A DNA stretch of 64,000 bases from Eledone cirrhosa (GCA_964016885.1 OZ024742.1:186434001-186498000), one strand, 5' to 3'; positions 41,251 to 56,956 are shown, counted from the first letter of the stretch. Notes: generated from the sequence alone by a model not told the origin. Numbers and translations are program-made.

Positions 41251-42045
41251 TGATATATATTATACAAGAAAAATAATACAATGTAATGATGGTATATTAG
41301 GTTAACTCTTGATATAGTTAGAACGGAAACAACATTTTTTATGCTAGTCCTTCATCGAAAGATAGAATGGGAGGGAGGGAGAGGGAGATAAAGAGGGTGG
41401 AGGGAGAGAAAGAGAGAGAGAGGGTGTGAGAAAAAGAGAGAGAGAAGATGGTGTTTGGGAAGATGAAGAAGAAAAAGGAAAAAAAGACGAGAACATAAAA
41501 AAAAAAGGCAATAGAGAAAGGCAGTAGAGAAAGCGTTGTAGTTAGTCAGCCATATATGTTTTATAAGTGTTTGTGCTGTGTTTTTTTCTCGGACTGACCT
41601 GTGATTAAAAGAAGCAATAAGAGAAAATAAATTTGGAAGAAAAATATTTTATGGCGACCTTTTAGTTCATAAAATATTTGATTTATGACTAAATCGGTCT
41701 CCCATACTGAAGAGGTGGAATCAATTTACATTACTTGTCTATGTTATGTATGTGTATATGTATGTGTATGTATGTGTGTATGTATGTATGTATGTTTGTG
41801 CGTATGTATGTATGTATTTATGCATGCTTGTATGTCTGTATGCATGCTTATATGTCTGTATGCATGCTTGTATGTCTGTATGCATGCTTGTATGAATGTA
41901 TGCATACATGTAAGCATGCATGTATGTATATATGTATGTATGTAAATATATACAGATAAGTACACATACCTTACTTACACACACTCATTACATACACACA
42001 AACACACATATATATATGTATACACACACACATATATATATATAT

Positions 42046-42232
<187 letters not shown>

Positions 42233-42483
42233 TATATATATATTTATATATATATATATATTCATGTGTATATATTCTAGATACAGTCCATGTTTACGCC
42301 ATTGCTCTCATTGTCTCCCTTTCTCTATTAGTGACTCTTTACTGTCGATTTAATCATTTAACTTTCTTATTTTCCCTTTTCACACACATATACCATATAC
42401 ATACACACACATATACATACACATACCATATACATACACATACCATACCTCACATACGTACCACACCACACAAATATCCTACA

Positions 42484-42582
<99 letters not shown>

Positions 42583-42879
42583 TATATATATACATACATA
42601 CATATAACCCACTCTCCACACACACCTGATCCTCACTTATATTACCTTACCATCGAAAACACACCCATATAGACTGGTCATAAATTCACTAAGGGTCTTC
42701 ACCTCAACCCCATAGCCTCATAGCACCCCTAGCCCTCACCCTATTTACCCACCTACCTAGCCCCAATCTGTTTTACTCCCCATCTCGACTAGCCACACAT
42801 ATTACAGATAATCAATTTAATATGTTTTTGTTTTCGTTGAGCGAAAGGATTGCAAAGCAAGATAACTCCAAAGAAAGAT

Positions 42880-43982
42880 AACAACAACAACAACAGTAAC
42901 AACAACAGCAGTAACAACAACAGAAACAACATCAACGCAAGAACAGTACCACCACCAACAACAGTAACAACATCATCAACAACAACAGTAACAACAACAG
43001 CAGTAACAACAACAGAAACAACATCAACGCAAGAACAGTACCACCACCAACAACAGTAACAACATCATCAACAACAACAGTAACAACAACAACAGTAACA
43101 ACAACAACAGCAACAACAACAACAGCAACAACAACAACAGCAACAACAACAGCAACAGTAACAACACCAATGCAACAACAGTAGCAACAACAACACTAAC
43201 AACATCAACAAGGACAGTTGCAACAACAACAGTAACAACTTCCACGACAACGACAGCAACAGTAACAACAGCAACGAAAACAGCAACAGCAACTACAACA
43301 ACAGCATCAACATCAACAACAATAACAACAACAGCAATACTAGCAACACAGACAACAACAACAACAACAGTAACAACATAAACAACAACAATAACGATCG
43401 TCTGCACTACTACCATCACCTCACCCCCACCATCACCACCACCACCGCCATCACCACAACCACCGTCACTACCACCACCACCACCACAACGACCATCATT
43501 TCCCCAACCACCTCCATCACCATCACCACCACCACCACCACAACCACCATCATTACCACCCACCACAACCACTACGTCACCACCACCATTACCACAACCA
43601 CCACCGCCACCACCACTATCACTACCACCACCACCATCACCACCACCACCACAACCACCACCACCACCACAACCACCATCATTACCCCAACCACCTCCAT
43701 CACAACCACCACCACCAGCAGCACCACCACCACCACCATCATTACCACCACCACCACCACAATCACTACGTCACCACCACCATTACCACAACCACCACCG
43801 CCACCACCACTATCACTACCACCACCACCACCACCATCACCACAACCATCACCAGCACAACCACCACCAGCACAACCACCATCGCCACCACAACCACAGC
43901 CGCCGCCGCCGTCACCACTACCACCACCACCACCACCACCATCACCACCAATAATACAACCAGAAACAGTAGCAACAGAAAG

Positions 43983-44037
<55 letters not shown>

Positions 44038-44065
44038 CCACCAACAACAACAACAACAGTAACAA
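42880..44065. repeat. (AAC)n/(ACC)n trinucleotide field
   Basis: Seen directly, with internal short duplications. Confidence 0.9.
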
Positions 44066-45147
44066 GAAATCCCCTTATCAAATGAACAGAAATAGGAATA
44101 TAATGAGGCTAAATAAAGTGATTTATGTGCAATGGATGTTTCTAGATGGAATGAAGGTGATTTCTTGAATTTTCTCAGTAAAACACAAGAGGCAGCAATG
44201 AAATCGTAATCTAGAAAAGAACAACTTACACTAATTTCATTCTATCACATTGATCTTAGAGAATTGCATAATGTTTGTTGCTGTTGTTGTTGATGTAGTC
44301 GATATTATATTTATTGATGTTGACGTTGGTGTTCTTGTTATTATTGTTATTGTTTTTGTTAGTAGTTGTAGTAGTGATGGTAGTGGTTGTAAATGTTGAT
44401 GTTCCTCTTGCTGTTGTATACCAAGGTAAACATAATTTAACTCCTCCTTCAACACCCAGCATTGTTACATTCTTTTATTCTTTTAGTGGTTTCAGTCAGG
44501 TGAGTGCGGCCATGCTGGGGCAGCACCTTGATTAACTTCATCATATCAACCCTCATACTTATTTTCAAAGTCTGGTACTTATTTTATCGATATTTTTTTT
44601 ATTGAATAAACAAACACTGGTACAGATAAAAATGTAAACACGGGCACACAAAACACCCAAACACACACACACCCTCAAACCATATATATATATATATACA
44701 CACACACACATGGTGGCTGCCAACTCGTTTTCGAGTACGGCCACTACTTTATATCCATGTAGGAGAACTCCTACCGATGCGCTGAACGAGTGTGACTTTT
44801 TAGTCCAGCCAGCGACTTGAAAACTCTGGTACAAACACTACACTTGTGACAATTATTGACACATAGTGCTGGGCCCATGGTACCATGTGACGACAAGTGC
44901 AGAGAGATCTCCAGATATAAAGCAATGCCTGTGACGTGAAGCTTTTATAGTGAGCAAAGGCACTGCACAAAGCCAGTCCCACTCTCTTAACGAATATGAT
45001 ATTTACCAAAAAGAAGAACAAGTCAACATCATTGGATACAATCAGGGCTGCAGGTGTTATATCAGAGTTTTCCTTCTCCTAGAATTCTGCCTTGACAACG
45101 GCTAAGGGGTCATCTCTAAGGGGTCATCTCATACATACATACATACA

Positions 45148-45240
<93 letters not shown>

Positions 45241-45393
45241 CAATGAGACAACAGAAGTACAAAAAGTCTTATTAGTTTCACGTTTTATATTGGAAAGAGG
45301 AAAGAAAGTTCGACGTGTCAGGCTTAAGTCCTTCTTCGGGAGTACAAATAGAGACAGGCTCACAATAGAGAAACAGAAAGAATGTCCAGTAAA

Positions 45394-45493
<100 letters not shown>

Positions 45494-46556
45494 ACACACA
45501 CACCACACACATATATATATATATATATAGTTTACGGGTTTCTGCAGTTATCACCTGCTAAATTCCACTCATAAGGCATTAGAAAAACAGAGACAATGGG
45601 AAAAGACGGTTGCCCTAGGTACCGAGCAGCGGGAAAGAACCAAGAACAACATGGTTTCAAAGTCAACTTCAGAGTCACACAGCCATATTTGCTCCTAAGT
45701 TATATTGACTATTATTGGACAAGAAGATCTTCAATGAGACATAAAACAGATGATTGTTTTACAGTTGTATGTGAAAAGAGTTAAATCACAGTAGGAAATA
45801 TCCAGTGGAACGCTGGTAAATATAGTCCAAGATAAACAGATGCGTTCTGTGTGAAATGCAAGAGATAAAAATGGAAATCTTCTACATTTGAAACTAATCG
45901 AATGAGAACAGACTTATCATATTACTTCATGTTTCAACTGTGTACACATCCATGTTTAAGGTATAAAAGTGAACGAACGAATATCTATGTAATTCAGAAT
46001 TCTAATTTTATGTATAATATAATCACACAAACTATAAAAATACATGATTTATTTCAGATATCAATTATATGTTATACTAGCCTCGTATTTCTTTGGCTGC
46101 CATTCAAGCCGTCTCTTGTTATCAGGAGAAATACAAAGATTTAAGAGAAGTAAATGTTTTTGTAAAGGCGCCGTTTCGTATTTCAAAACCCTCTCTGTTT
46201 TATATTATCGTGCCTTATGATTTTCTAGTAATTTTAATATTTTCTAATCTATTGTTTATTACGGACGACTTATTGACTTCAGGACTTAAAAAGAAGAGGA
46301 AAACACACACCTAAATTTAACATTCAGTTCAGATCAATATCTATGCTTAAATTATTCAAAGCTAACTTCAATATTAAATAGCAACTGTACTAAAATGTAG
46401 GCAATACTGGTGAGGGAGCCTACACCATCATAAATATACAAAATACATACAATTTTTCTTCATTATTGGTGTCTTCTTTTTCATTTCTCGCCTGACAGAA
46501 TTCTAAATCTTAGGAGTTTCAATCTATGGACTTAAATAATTAGTGAATATATATAT

Positions 46557-46762
46557 ATAACGAAGGAAATATGGTAAGGAACCAGATGGACCATAACGCA
46601 CCAAAGTACTCAATACTTAGGGTAGTAGAGTGGGTAATAGGAACGAGTAGGACCCCGACGGCTGAGCTCAAGCCGTTTCGACGGCTAATTCTGGACTAAA
46701 AGGTTTAGTCCAGAATTAGCCGTCGAAACGGCCTGAGCTCAGCCGTCGGGGTCCTACTCGTT

Positions 46763-46767
<5 letters not shown>
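46557..46767. mobile_element. Family B fold-back, second copy
   Basis: Arms 46637-46700 / 46704-46767, 3-nt spacer; same outer ends as 37186-37424. Confidence 0.88.
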
Positions 46768-46817
<50 letters not shown>

Positions 46818-47239
46818 TATCACGGTGTATCACGTGATAATATCTCCCTCCGCCTTTTTGAGATTTTCTCGCTTGCTACGGACGTGTCTGGAAGCGCCCT
46901 TTCCCCGAGGAGTTCCCTTGAAAAGCTAGCTTGCCTCACAACAATGTTGCATCTCTATGATGTAGGATTGTTGCATACTGACCAGCGAAACTGTACAGTC
47001 GGGACTTTGAAGAACAAATATGTATATATCTGTGTCTATTACTTCTTCTTCCTTTATAATTTGTTACATAGCTCTGATATCGAGTCAATTTAATTATTTC
47101 GATTATCTTGTCTCTCGTAATCATGGAGTAACACTGGTTAAGGTCGACAACACACACACTCACATACTTGTGAAAAAAATATATGTGTGTATATATACAT
47201 GTGCATGTATGTGTGCACATATATGTACGTACCTCTAAT

Positions 47240-47296
<57 letters not shown>

Positions 47297-47329
47297 TATA
47301 TATATACACACACATATATATATGCACCT

Positions 47330-47650
47330 ATGCGCCTTAGTGGTTAGAGCGTTGCAATTGAGTGGTTGTGAATTTGACTCTCGGACCCGGTGATGCGTTG
47401 TGTCCTTGAGCAAGATACTTTATTTCACGTTGTTCCAGTTAACTGAGCTGTAGATATGAATTGCGACGTCACTGGTGGTAAACCGTATCAGCCATTGCCA
47501 TTCCCTTGGACAACATCGGTGGTGTGGAGAGGTGGGGAGGGGCTGGTATGCATGGGGACTGCTGGTCTTCCATAAAACAAATCTTGCCAAGGCTTGTGCC
47601 TCGGAGGGAAAGTTTCTAAGTGCAAAACGATGGTCATTAATGACCACCTA
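47330..47650 (+). mobile_element. tRNA-derived SINE (GTGTCCTTGAGCAAG family), near full length
   Basis: GCCTTAGTGGTTAGAGCG head and GCGTTGTGTCCTTGAGCAAGATACTTTATTTCAC; relatives at 18150, 29860 and 30180. Confidence 0.7.
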
Positions 47651-47661
47651 TGGGCGGCCTT

Positions 47662-48347
<686 letters not shown>

Positions 48348-48655
48348 TATATCTATCTATCTAACTATCTCTATATATGCTGGAATTTGCTAGTTGGCGT
48401 CAGCCATCAGTTTCCAAATTTCATAGGTAAAAGGCTTTCAAATGTTTATTCGTAAACATACCGTATATCATTAGATATACAAAATTCACATACTTATATG
48501 GATACAGCTATGTCGGAGCGAACATTTTAATATACATATATATATAAACGTGTATGTTAGAAAACACACAAGGGTGTGCCCGAACAAAGAGAAGGCAGAA
48601 TGTAGACAGATAAGTTAAAGTGTACAGTATGAAAAGAGAGAGAGAGAGGGTGCGT

Positions 48656-48762
<107 letters not shown>

Positions 48763-49084
48763 GCTGCTATTTTCTCATAGGTAGGTAATATGCTTCATAT
48801 CATATTAGCTGAGAGGAAGAGATATCAATGGAATGGACCTTCGTCGGTTTCGATTGTGAGTATTCCAGTTGTTTCATCAATGAAAAAAACCTGCTTATGA
48901 AATTAACATATAAGTGACTGAGCATTCTACAGACATGTGTGTGACAAGGCTGGATCTTTGAATTATATATACAGTCCATTCAATTGGCTTCCAAACAAGT
49001 TCCATCTACTCAGTTCCACTCACAAGGCAGAGGCTAATCCGTAGCTATGTCTTCTGCTTCTTCGATCCCTAACTGGGGATTGGG

Positions 49085-49510
49085 GGAAGCTGTCTTCTCA
49101 ACCAATGCGTTGTTGTGGGTGTCATTGGATGATGGACTCTGATGATGATGTTCTTCCACGCTTTTCTATCCATGGTGCTGACTTTAGCAGGTCGAGGCCG
49201 AGGCGCTGCAATTTCAAATCCTCCTCATTTTGTTTCACCCATGTCTTCTTTGGTGAGCTGTACTAGATTCTCCAGTGCATGGGTCACTGACATGACAAAA
49301 ATTGGTGTGGTAGTCTTCCAGTGCTCATCCTGCAGACCTGGTCAAACCACTGTAGCCAGCATTGCCGGATTTCGTCTTTAATGATCGGTTACTGCTAGCA
49401 TTGTTCTCAGATGGTATTGTTTGAAATTTGGTGGCGCAGAGAGACGCCGAGGATTTGACGAAGACATCGTATTTGGAACACCTCGAGCTCTGGTAAATGA
49501 CAGCTGTCCA
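49085..49510 (-). pseudogene. RTE-clade LINE 3' remnant
   Basis: LEVFQIRCLRQILGVSLRHQISN..IRQCWLQWFDQVCRMSTGRLP with stops. Confidence 0.8.
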
Positions 49511-49770
49511 ATACATCACACACATACACCCAAGAGCTGATGGTTGTGAAGCGAACTCCTTAACTATTTGGCTCTGCTGTGTCCACAAGTGAAAGAAGTA
49601 CAATTCGTTTATCAGTAATAAATGTTAAGATTACAACATACATACGTTGTTGGTGTTAATCCGGGGGTGAAATAGCCAAGAAGCGAGACGAGACAAGACG
49701 AGATCTTTAAAATTGCCTGCAAACATCGCTGACAAATGAGTGTCTTATCTCATTGTTGAAAACTACATAG

Positions 49771-49771
<1 letters not shown>

Positions 49772-49833
<62 letters not shown>

Positions 49834-50880
49834 ATACTACTACTACTAATAGCATATAAACAAAACTCAGAAAACAAACAAAAATAAATTACAAAATCAT
49901 TCTTTCATGATAGAAGAAACTACATTTAAGGTGAAACAACAAAAACCACCACCATCACCACCACCACCATCACCACCACCACCACCACTACTCCACCACT
50001 ACCCCCCCCCACACTACCACCACCACTACCACCACAACTACTACCACCACCACCACCACCACTACTCCACCACTACTACTACTACTACCACCATCACCCT
50101 CACCGCTACCACTACCGCTACCACTACCTCTACATCTACTACTACCACCACCACCACCACCACCACCACCACTACCACTACCACCACCACCACTACCACT
50201 ACCACCACCACCACCACTACCACTACCACCATCACCTCCACCACCACTACCACCACCACCACCACCACCACTACCACCACCAACAACAACAACAACAACA
50301 CCAACACCACCATCACTACCACCACCACTACCACTACCACCATCACCACCACCATCACGACGACCACCACCACCAGCACCAACAACAACACTGAAGAAAA
50401 AAAAGACGAAGTCAACCAATCAATTTACTTGTAAATCTTTTCCTTCTTTGTAACTTTATTTAGCTTTGAGAAAAAAATAAATTCCTTCTTTATTTATTTA
50501 TTTACTCAACGTCACCATCATCATCATCGTCACCATCATCATCGTCGTCATCATCATCATCATCATCATCGTCATCCTCAACATCATCATCATCATCATC
50601 ATCATTATTGTTATTATTGTTATTATTCATTTATCTATCTATTTATTTTATTTATCTATTTACTCAACATCATCACCATCATCATCATCATCACCATCAC
50701 CATCATCATCATCATCATCATCATCACCATCATTAATATCATCATCATCATCATCACCACTACCATCATCCCCATCATCATCATCATCATCATCATCACC
50801 ATCATTAATATCATCATCATTATCATCATCGCCATCATCATCATCATCATCATTATTGTTACTATTGTTATTATTGTTAT
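49772..50880. repeat. (TAC)n, (ACC)n and (ATC)n microsatellites
   Basis: Seen directly. Confidence 0.9.
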
Positions 50881-51552
50881 TATCTATCTATTTATTTATT
50901 TAATCCATCAAAAGAGCAAGTTTTCTATATAAATAATATTCTATCGGCTATTGGTTTTAGCTCAATAGTTTAACTGTTATTACGGTAGACTTCTTTACAG
51001 TTCAATGCTTCGTGCACATTTCTAGAATGGAAGAGAGTATAGAAAATATGACAAAAACATCCTATTTTATTTCGTAAATAAAATATAAGAACCACAACAA
51101 CAATAACAACATATACAAACAAACAAACAAACGAACCAATTGAAAAGGGGGAAAAACAACATGTTTTTGTTATTTATTTTGATGTTGTCGTTCTTCCATA
51201 CTTTCATCACATTTTAATCTAATTTATTGTGGACACAGATATGGCTGAGTGGTGAAGAAGTTCGTTTTATACTGATAAGGTCTAGTCTTCAATCGTATCG
51301 GATAGATTATATCTGTGACTCGGATTGTGAATTACATTCATTCACAAATACGTACACCTTGCCTACATGTTAATTAACCACTCGGACTTTCAGTTGATTG
51401 ATTCAGTTGATTGAAGAAATGAATGGTCATCGTTTAAACCGAATATATATATATATCCAAAATTAAATTAAGGGTTGTCATGTCTGAGAGACATGCGCCA
51501 TATCCACTGTAGAATAAGCTCAAAGATTCCAATGAATAGATCCGAGCATTTC

Positions 51553-51572
51553 ATATCAACTAGAACTAGATT

Positions 51573-51621
<49 letters not shown>

Positions 51622-52312
51622 AACATATGGAACAATCACAGGGAATAATTTGTAAAGTGTCTAAGCACATATAGCTAGGTAGGTAACCAATTAAAGTTTA
51701 ACTAGAACTTCAAATATAGATACCTTTTAAAATGATTAATCTCCTTTGTATAGATTTTTTTAAATAAAAAATATATTTCACCAATTAATCAGTAAATCAC
51801 AGTAGTCAAATCCTGGATGGTCACCAAAGGAGAAGATATAACTATCTGTGTTTACAAAGCAAATGCAAATCTGTGAATGACTCGAACCACGTGTTGCATT
51901 TTTAAAAAATACACACATTGCACAGCGTCATCCCAGTGGCGTGAATAGGATTATCGACAGCTAGAAATAGCAGCCGAGTCCATTCAACTGAGTTAACTCT
52001 ACAATTAAGGGGCCGTATATATATCCAACATTAAATTAAGAGTTGTCGTGTCATTGTCGAGGTTCGAGTCATTCACAGATTTGCATTTCCTTTGTAAACA
52101 CAGTTATATCTTCTCCTTTGGTGACCATCCAGGATTTGACTGCTGTGATTTACTGATTAATTGATGAAATATATTTTTTATTTAAAAAAGGAGATTAATC
52201 ATTTTAAAAGGTATCTATATTTGAAGTTCTAGTTAAACTTTAATTGGTTACCTACCTAGCTTTGTGTGCTTACATACTTTACAAATTATTCCCTGTGATT
52301 GTTCCATATGTT

Positions 52313-52351
<39 letters not shown>

Positions 52352-52372
52352 AATCTAGTTCTTGTTGATATA
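51553..52372. repeat. Large inverted repeat with ~320-bp arms
   Basis: 51553-51888 vs 52061-52372; each arm includes an (AT)n tract and its outer flank. Confidence 0.88.
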
Positions 52373-52397
52373 TATATATATATATAAGTAGAAGCTT

Positions 52398-53020
52398 AGT
52401 AAAATAGAAGCTTTGGCTGTGGCCAAGTTAACGACCTACAATTAGGAATGAGCAGCAAAGCACTCAATAAGGTTGCAGGCCTTAGAGTAATAACATACGT
52501 TTAGACAGCTTGACAAATTGAAAATTGCGGCAGCTAAACCAAGCCACACAATACCAAAAACAACGAAAAAAACTAATCAGGTTAGACAACTGACCTGGAC
52601 AAATCGAACGATATTTTGCAATATGTCCGATAGGTTTCTATGAAAACGTAATCATCCATCCAACTTACGTAATATGTAAGCTTGTGGTATTCCATGATCG
52701 AACAGTGGATTCACGTCATCAACAGGAATTTCGTTCTATGCCTCAAGCCGGTGTGGAATGCAACGCCGAACAGCTACCGTTTTTCGAATGAAAAGCTCTC
52801 GACTAGACCCTATTAAACAAACATAAATAATTAACCAATCAATGGAATTGTCTAATTAAATTAATTAATTCATTATTATATCTAGGAGATAATAATACAA
52901 GTAAAATCGAAGCTTTGGCTGTGGCCAAGCTAACGACCTACAATTAGGAATGAGCAGCAAAGCACTGTAAGGGCCTGCAACCTTATTAGGTTGCAGGCCC
53001 TTAGATTAACATACGTTTAG

Positions 53021-53065
<45 letters not shown>

Positions 53066-53435
53066 GTGGAACCACTGGTAGTGGTAGAGCACTCAGTCCA
53101 AGGGACGAGTTAGGTAGAAGTGGTTACACAACAGTTAGTACACCATACCGAGAACAATTGTTTCACCTTCGCCCCCTCATCAAGACATTAGAATGAAATT
53201 CCTGTTGATGACGTGAATCCACTGTTCGATCATGGAATACCACAAGCTTACATATTAAGTAAGTTGGATGGATGAATACGGTTTCATAGAAACCTATCGG
53301 ATATATTGCAAAATATCGTTCGATTTGTCCAGGTCAGTTGTCTAACCTGATTAGTTTTTTTCGTTGTTTTTGGTATTGTGTGGCGAAGGTGAAACAATTG
53401 TACTCGGTATGGTGAACTAACTGTTGTGTAACCAC

Positions 53436-53440
<5 letters not shown>
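52398..53440. mobile_element. Nested direct and inverted fragment cluster (families F and G)
   Basis: Direct repeat 52398-52464 / 52901-52966; inverted 52543-52735 / 53190-53384; inverted 53116-53173 / 53382-53440 carrying the half-HHR GAAA-CAATTG-TA. Confidence 0.8.
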
Positions 53441-53491
<51 letters not shown>

Positions 53492-53769
53492 AAAAAGAAC
53501 ATTTCGCTCTACATGGCTGAATACAATAAATGTAATCTGAGCTTTTCGAATATTAATAATAACATTCAATTCGTTTGCAATTATGCAAAGAAGCCTCAAT
53601 TTTATAGCCATGTCAGTAGAATGAACACTTCATTCGTGCTCTTATATTGGCATGCGAACAGAACTGCAGGCACTAATGTTTCTGGTTACCACCCTTCATC
53701 AGTACAGCTCACTGTTCACCTGCCAACCTGTCAGAGCTAGTGAAAATATATGCTATTTTCAAAAATACA

Positions 53770-54022
53770 CAGTGATTGATCGGCCCGATTTGCATACTAG
53801 CAGACTGGCTGATCAGTCAGATTTGCATACTAGCAGATTGTATTCAGCCATGTAGAGCGAAATTTTCTTTTTTATTTGAATTTGGCAAAGCCAGCCATTT
53901 ATCGCTCGTATACAGGAAACTGACTGGCCGGTCTGCTGATATGCAAATCTGGCTGATCAGTGGATCTGTCAATATACAGATCTGACTGATCAGCCAGTCG
54001 GCTAATATGCGAATCGGCACTG
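53770..54022. mobile_element. MITE/foldback-like element with 33-bp subterminal repeats
   Basis: CAGTG...CACTG ends; GATTTGCATACTAGCAGA-CTGGCTGATCAGTCA units, inverted at the right end. Confidence 0.55.
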
Positions 54023-54781
54023 CCCTCCCCTCCAATCAAGACATTGGTCTCTTCAGTTCCAGAAAGATTGTGACAGTCACGGGCACTGCTCCTTCCTGCA
54101 GATCTATCAAGTAAAAAAAAAATATACTTCCCAATTATACATTTTTACTACGTTAGGCCACTGTGTAATATCCTATCATATTCTTAATCCAAACAACTAG
54201 CAGGGAAACAAGCCATCTTGGCTAATGCACTCCCGGGCATACAAAATTAGCGGCCCATTGCTCTATCAGTTCACGCCCTGCGAGGTTAAATCTGTTTTTC
54301 ATCCGTTCGGGATTGATGAATAAAGTACCAATTCGAGGTAGACAAGATGCTGAAGGACACAACGTGCCACATAGTCTGTTAATTGAACCAATCACCCTAC
54401 GATCACAAACCCAACACCGTAGCCACCAAGCCACACATCGTTCTCCTTTGTTGAAACTGTTATAATTGCCACTTAATTAATATCATTTCCAAAAGTTAAT
54501 GCAAACATCAGCAATCATTTAATTTCCAATTTATCTTAGTGATTCTCATCATTGAAGCTTATTTCTCGAGCCAAAAATGACAACAAAGTCTCTTTCTTCT
54601 CCTTTAAAACTGACTAAATGAAGTAATCTGCTGCGTTTAGTTTGTGCCAGTATTGTTAAAACCTATCAACTATCTGACACAACTTCCTTCCTTAGTCAAT
54701 TCACAGCTTGTCTTCGTTTTGATTGTGTTACAACGTAACTTCATATTTCTCTGTCTATTTGTCAGTCTGTCTATTATGACT

Positions 54782-54782
54782 A

Positions 54783-54874
<92 letters not shown>
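54782..54874. repeat. (TATC)n microsatellite
   Basis: Pure tetranucleotide run immediately 5' of the LINE. Confidence 0.95.
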
Positions 54875-54879
<5 letters not shown>

Positions 54880-55088
54880 GTCTGACGTGTGGAACATCGC
54901 CGGTAAGTTTTTTTGTTAATTTATATGCAAAAAACCGATCTAGTTGTTTGAAAAAATACAACACTTTGTAGATTAACCCCCAAGCTGAATTGTCAGCTGG
55001 GTGGTAATCCCATTTTTCGCCCCTGTAGGGGCGAAAATTTTATTTTAAAAATTTGTTTTAAAATATCAGATTTTACAAAGTAAAAAAC

Positions 55089-56956
55089 TTGAGCAACACT
55101 AGAACGCTGGAGTACGTTAATAGAGAAAAGAGAGAGAAAGCGGCAGATATTAACGTTATATCTGCTTCTGCTACTATGGACGTCGCCATAGATACAACTG
55201 TCACAAAAGAAAAAAATATATTAACATTTGAAAATTTTACAATTTCTACCGCCGAAGCGGAGAAAAATAACAATAACACACAGGAAAACACAGCAAAAAA
55301 ACCCATTGACATACATACACATGAAAAAGACATCAACAACTCTACAGATACATCTACACATAAAGTTTCACCTCGACAAGGAACTGAAATTTCCAACAAC
55401 GATAACAACATCATCAACAGCAACACCACACAAAAAAGAAAATGTCTTTCGCTGAATCAGTGATCAGAAAACAAGATTTTATAAATCTTGATATCTCCAA
55501 CGCAAGAGATATGCTCCAGCAAGGGAGAAAATGTGTAACTTTCGAAGAAAGAGGTGGGTTTAGAATTAACTCACCCCTTGAAATAAAGGAAAACACAAAC
55601 CGCAGATCAGTCACTTTTCGGTCTGTGTCAAATTCGACAAGAAAGCCGACATTTGTTAATCAAGCAGATATAGAAGATTCTTTCAAGGAAATTCTAGCAA
55701 ATGTCGATTTTCTCCAGCGAGGAAAACAGTACGGAAGTGTTTCCGTACTGTTTAAAAGCGAGGCACTCGCCCCCAAAAAACTCTGTGACACCAATAGTGT
55801 CAAAAGCATACACCTTTTTCCCTACATACATGGGGAAAAGGACACAAAAAATAAAAAAATAAAAACATACCTCCAAACATTAACATCTGGTGGATCTTGG
55901 CTGGCTTCGTAGAGCCAGAAACAAACATAATACTTTCGATACGAAAATCTATTCGACAAAGGTGGGCGGGCACAGATTTGGAGATTCTGTTGCAAATGAA
56001 ACCGGAGAGAATCTCCAAAATACCCGAAAGAGTCGTTATTGATAATAACAACAAAATAAACATTTCGGTAGAAGGACGAAAATTTCATTGCTTTCGCTGT
56101 GGTAGCACAGCTCACCTAAAAGCCACAAACACACAACAACAACATCATAAAAAAACGCTATTACCAACACCAACACCAAAACAACCACCACCACCACAAG
56201 TACAACGACAGACGAAACGAGCAACCACACCAAAACAAACAGACACTCAACCAACAACAACAGAAAAAACAGAGACAACAACCCACTCCATCAAACACTA
56301 CCACAAACACACATACCGAAACACCACCACCACCACCACACAACATACCCTTACCCCACACACCTGACGATGATTATTCATCGACGGATGAAGCTGCTTC
56401 TTCTTTAAGTGAAGAAGAGGGAGAACCGCGGAAATCTAAAAAACAAAAAAAGAGACACCACAAAACCTCCAAAACTCCAATCACCAACACCAACACACAA
56501 CCACAGACACAAACAACAACACAAACAACACCACAGTCAAACATCCCCCTATCAGCAAAACCAGCACCAACACCACCCCAAACACAAGCACGCACCATAA
56601 AAAGAAAACTCCCGGATGAACAACAAACTAAAACAACACAACAAAAACACAAACAACAATACGCATACATCAACTCAAAAAACAAGAGTTTGATGGAGGT
56701 CATCTCCCAAAACCGCAAGGTGGAGACGGAGGGCAAAACTTTCGTCAAGGCAGAATCGTCTCCACACCTTAAACTTATAAGGGTTTCTATGGAAACCTAT
56801 AAAGACCTAAAAATTACATTTTCACAGGACGTGGGCAACCCCTGCCACAAACCCATCAACCGCGTCCTGTTGAAATGTTTCCCCACCCCACCCAACACCC
56901 CATCCAGCATTCAAATGGAGATTGAACAACCCGATCTTCAGGAAACGAAAAGGTAA
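55089..56956 (+). pseudogene. Tx1-like ORF1 (gag-like zinc knuckle), frameshifted
   Basis: CFRCGSTAHLKA knuckle; colinear homology with 62199-64000; P/T/Q-rich C-terminal half. Confidence 0.8.
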
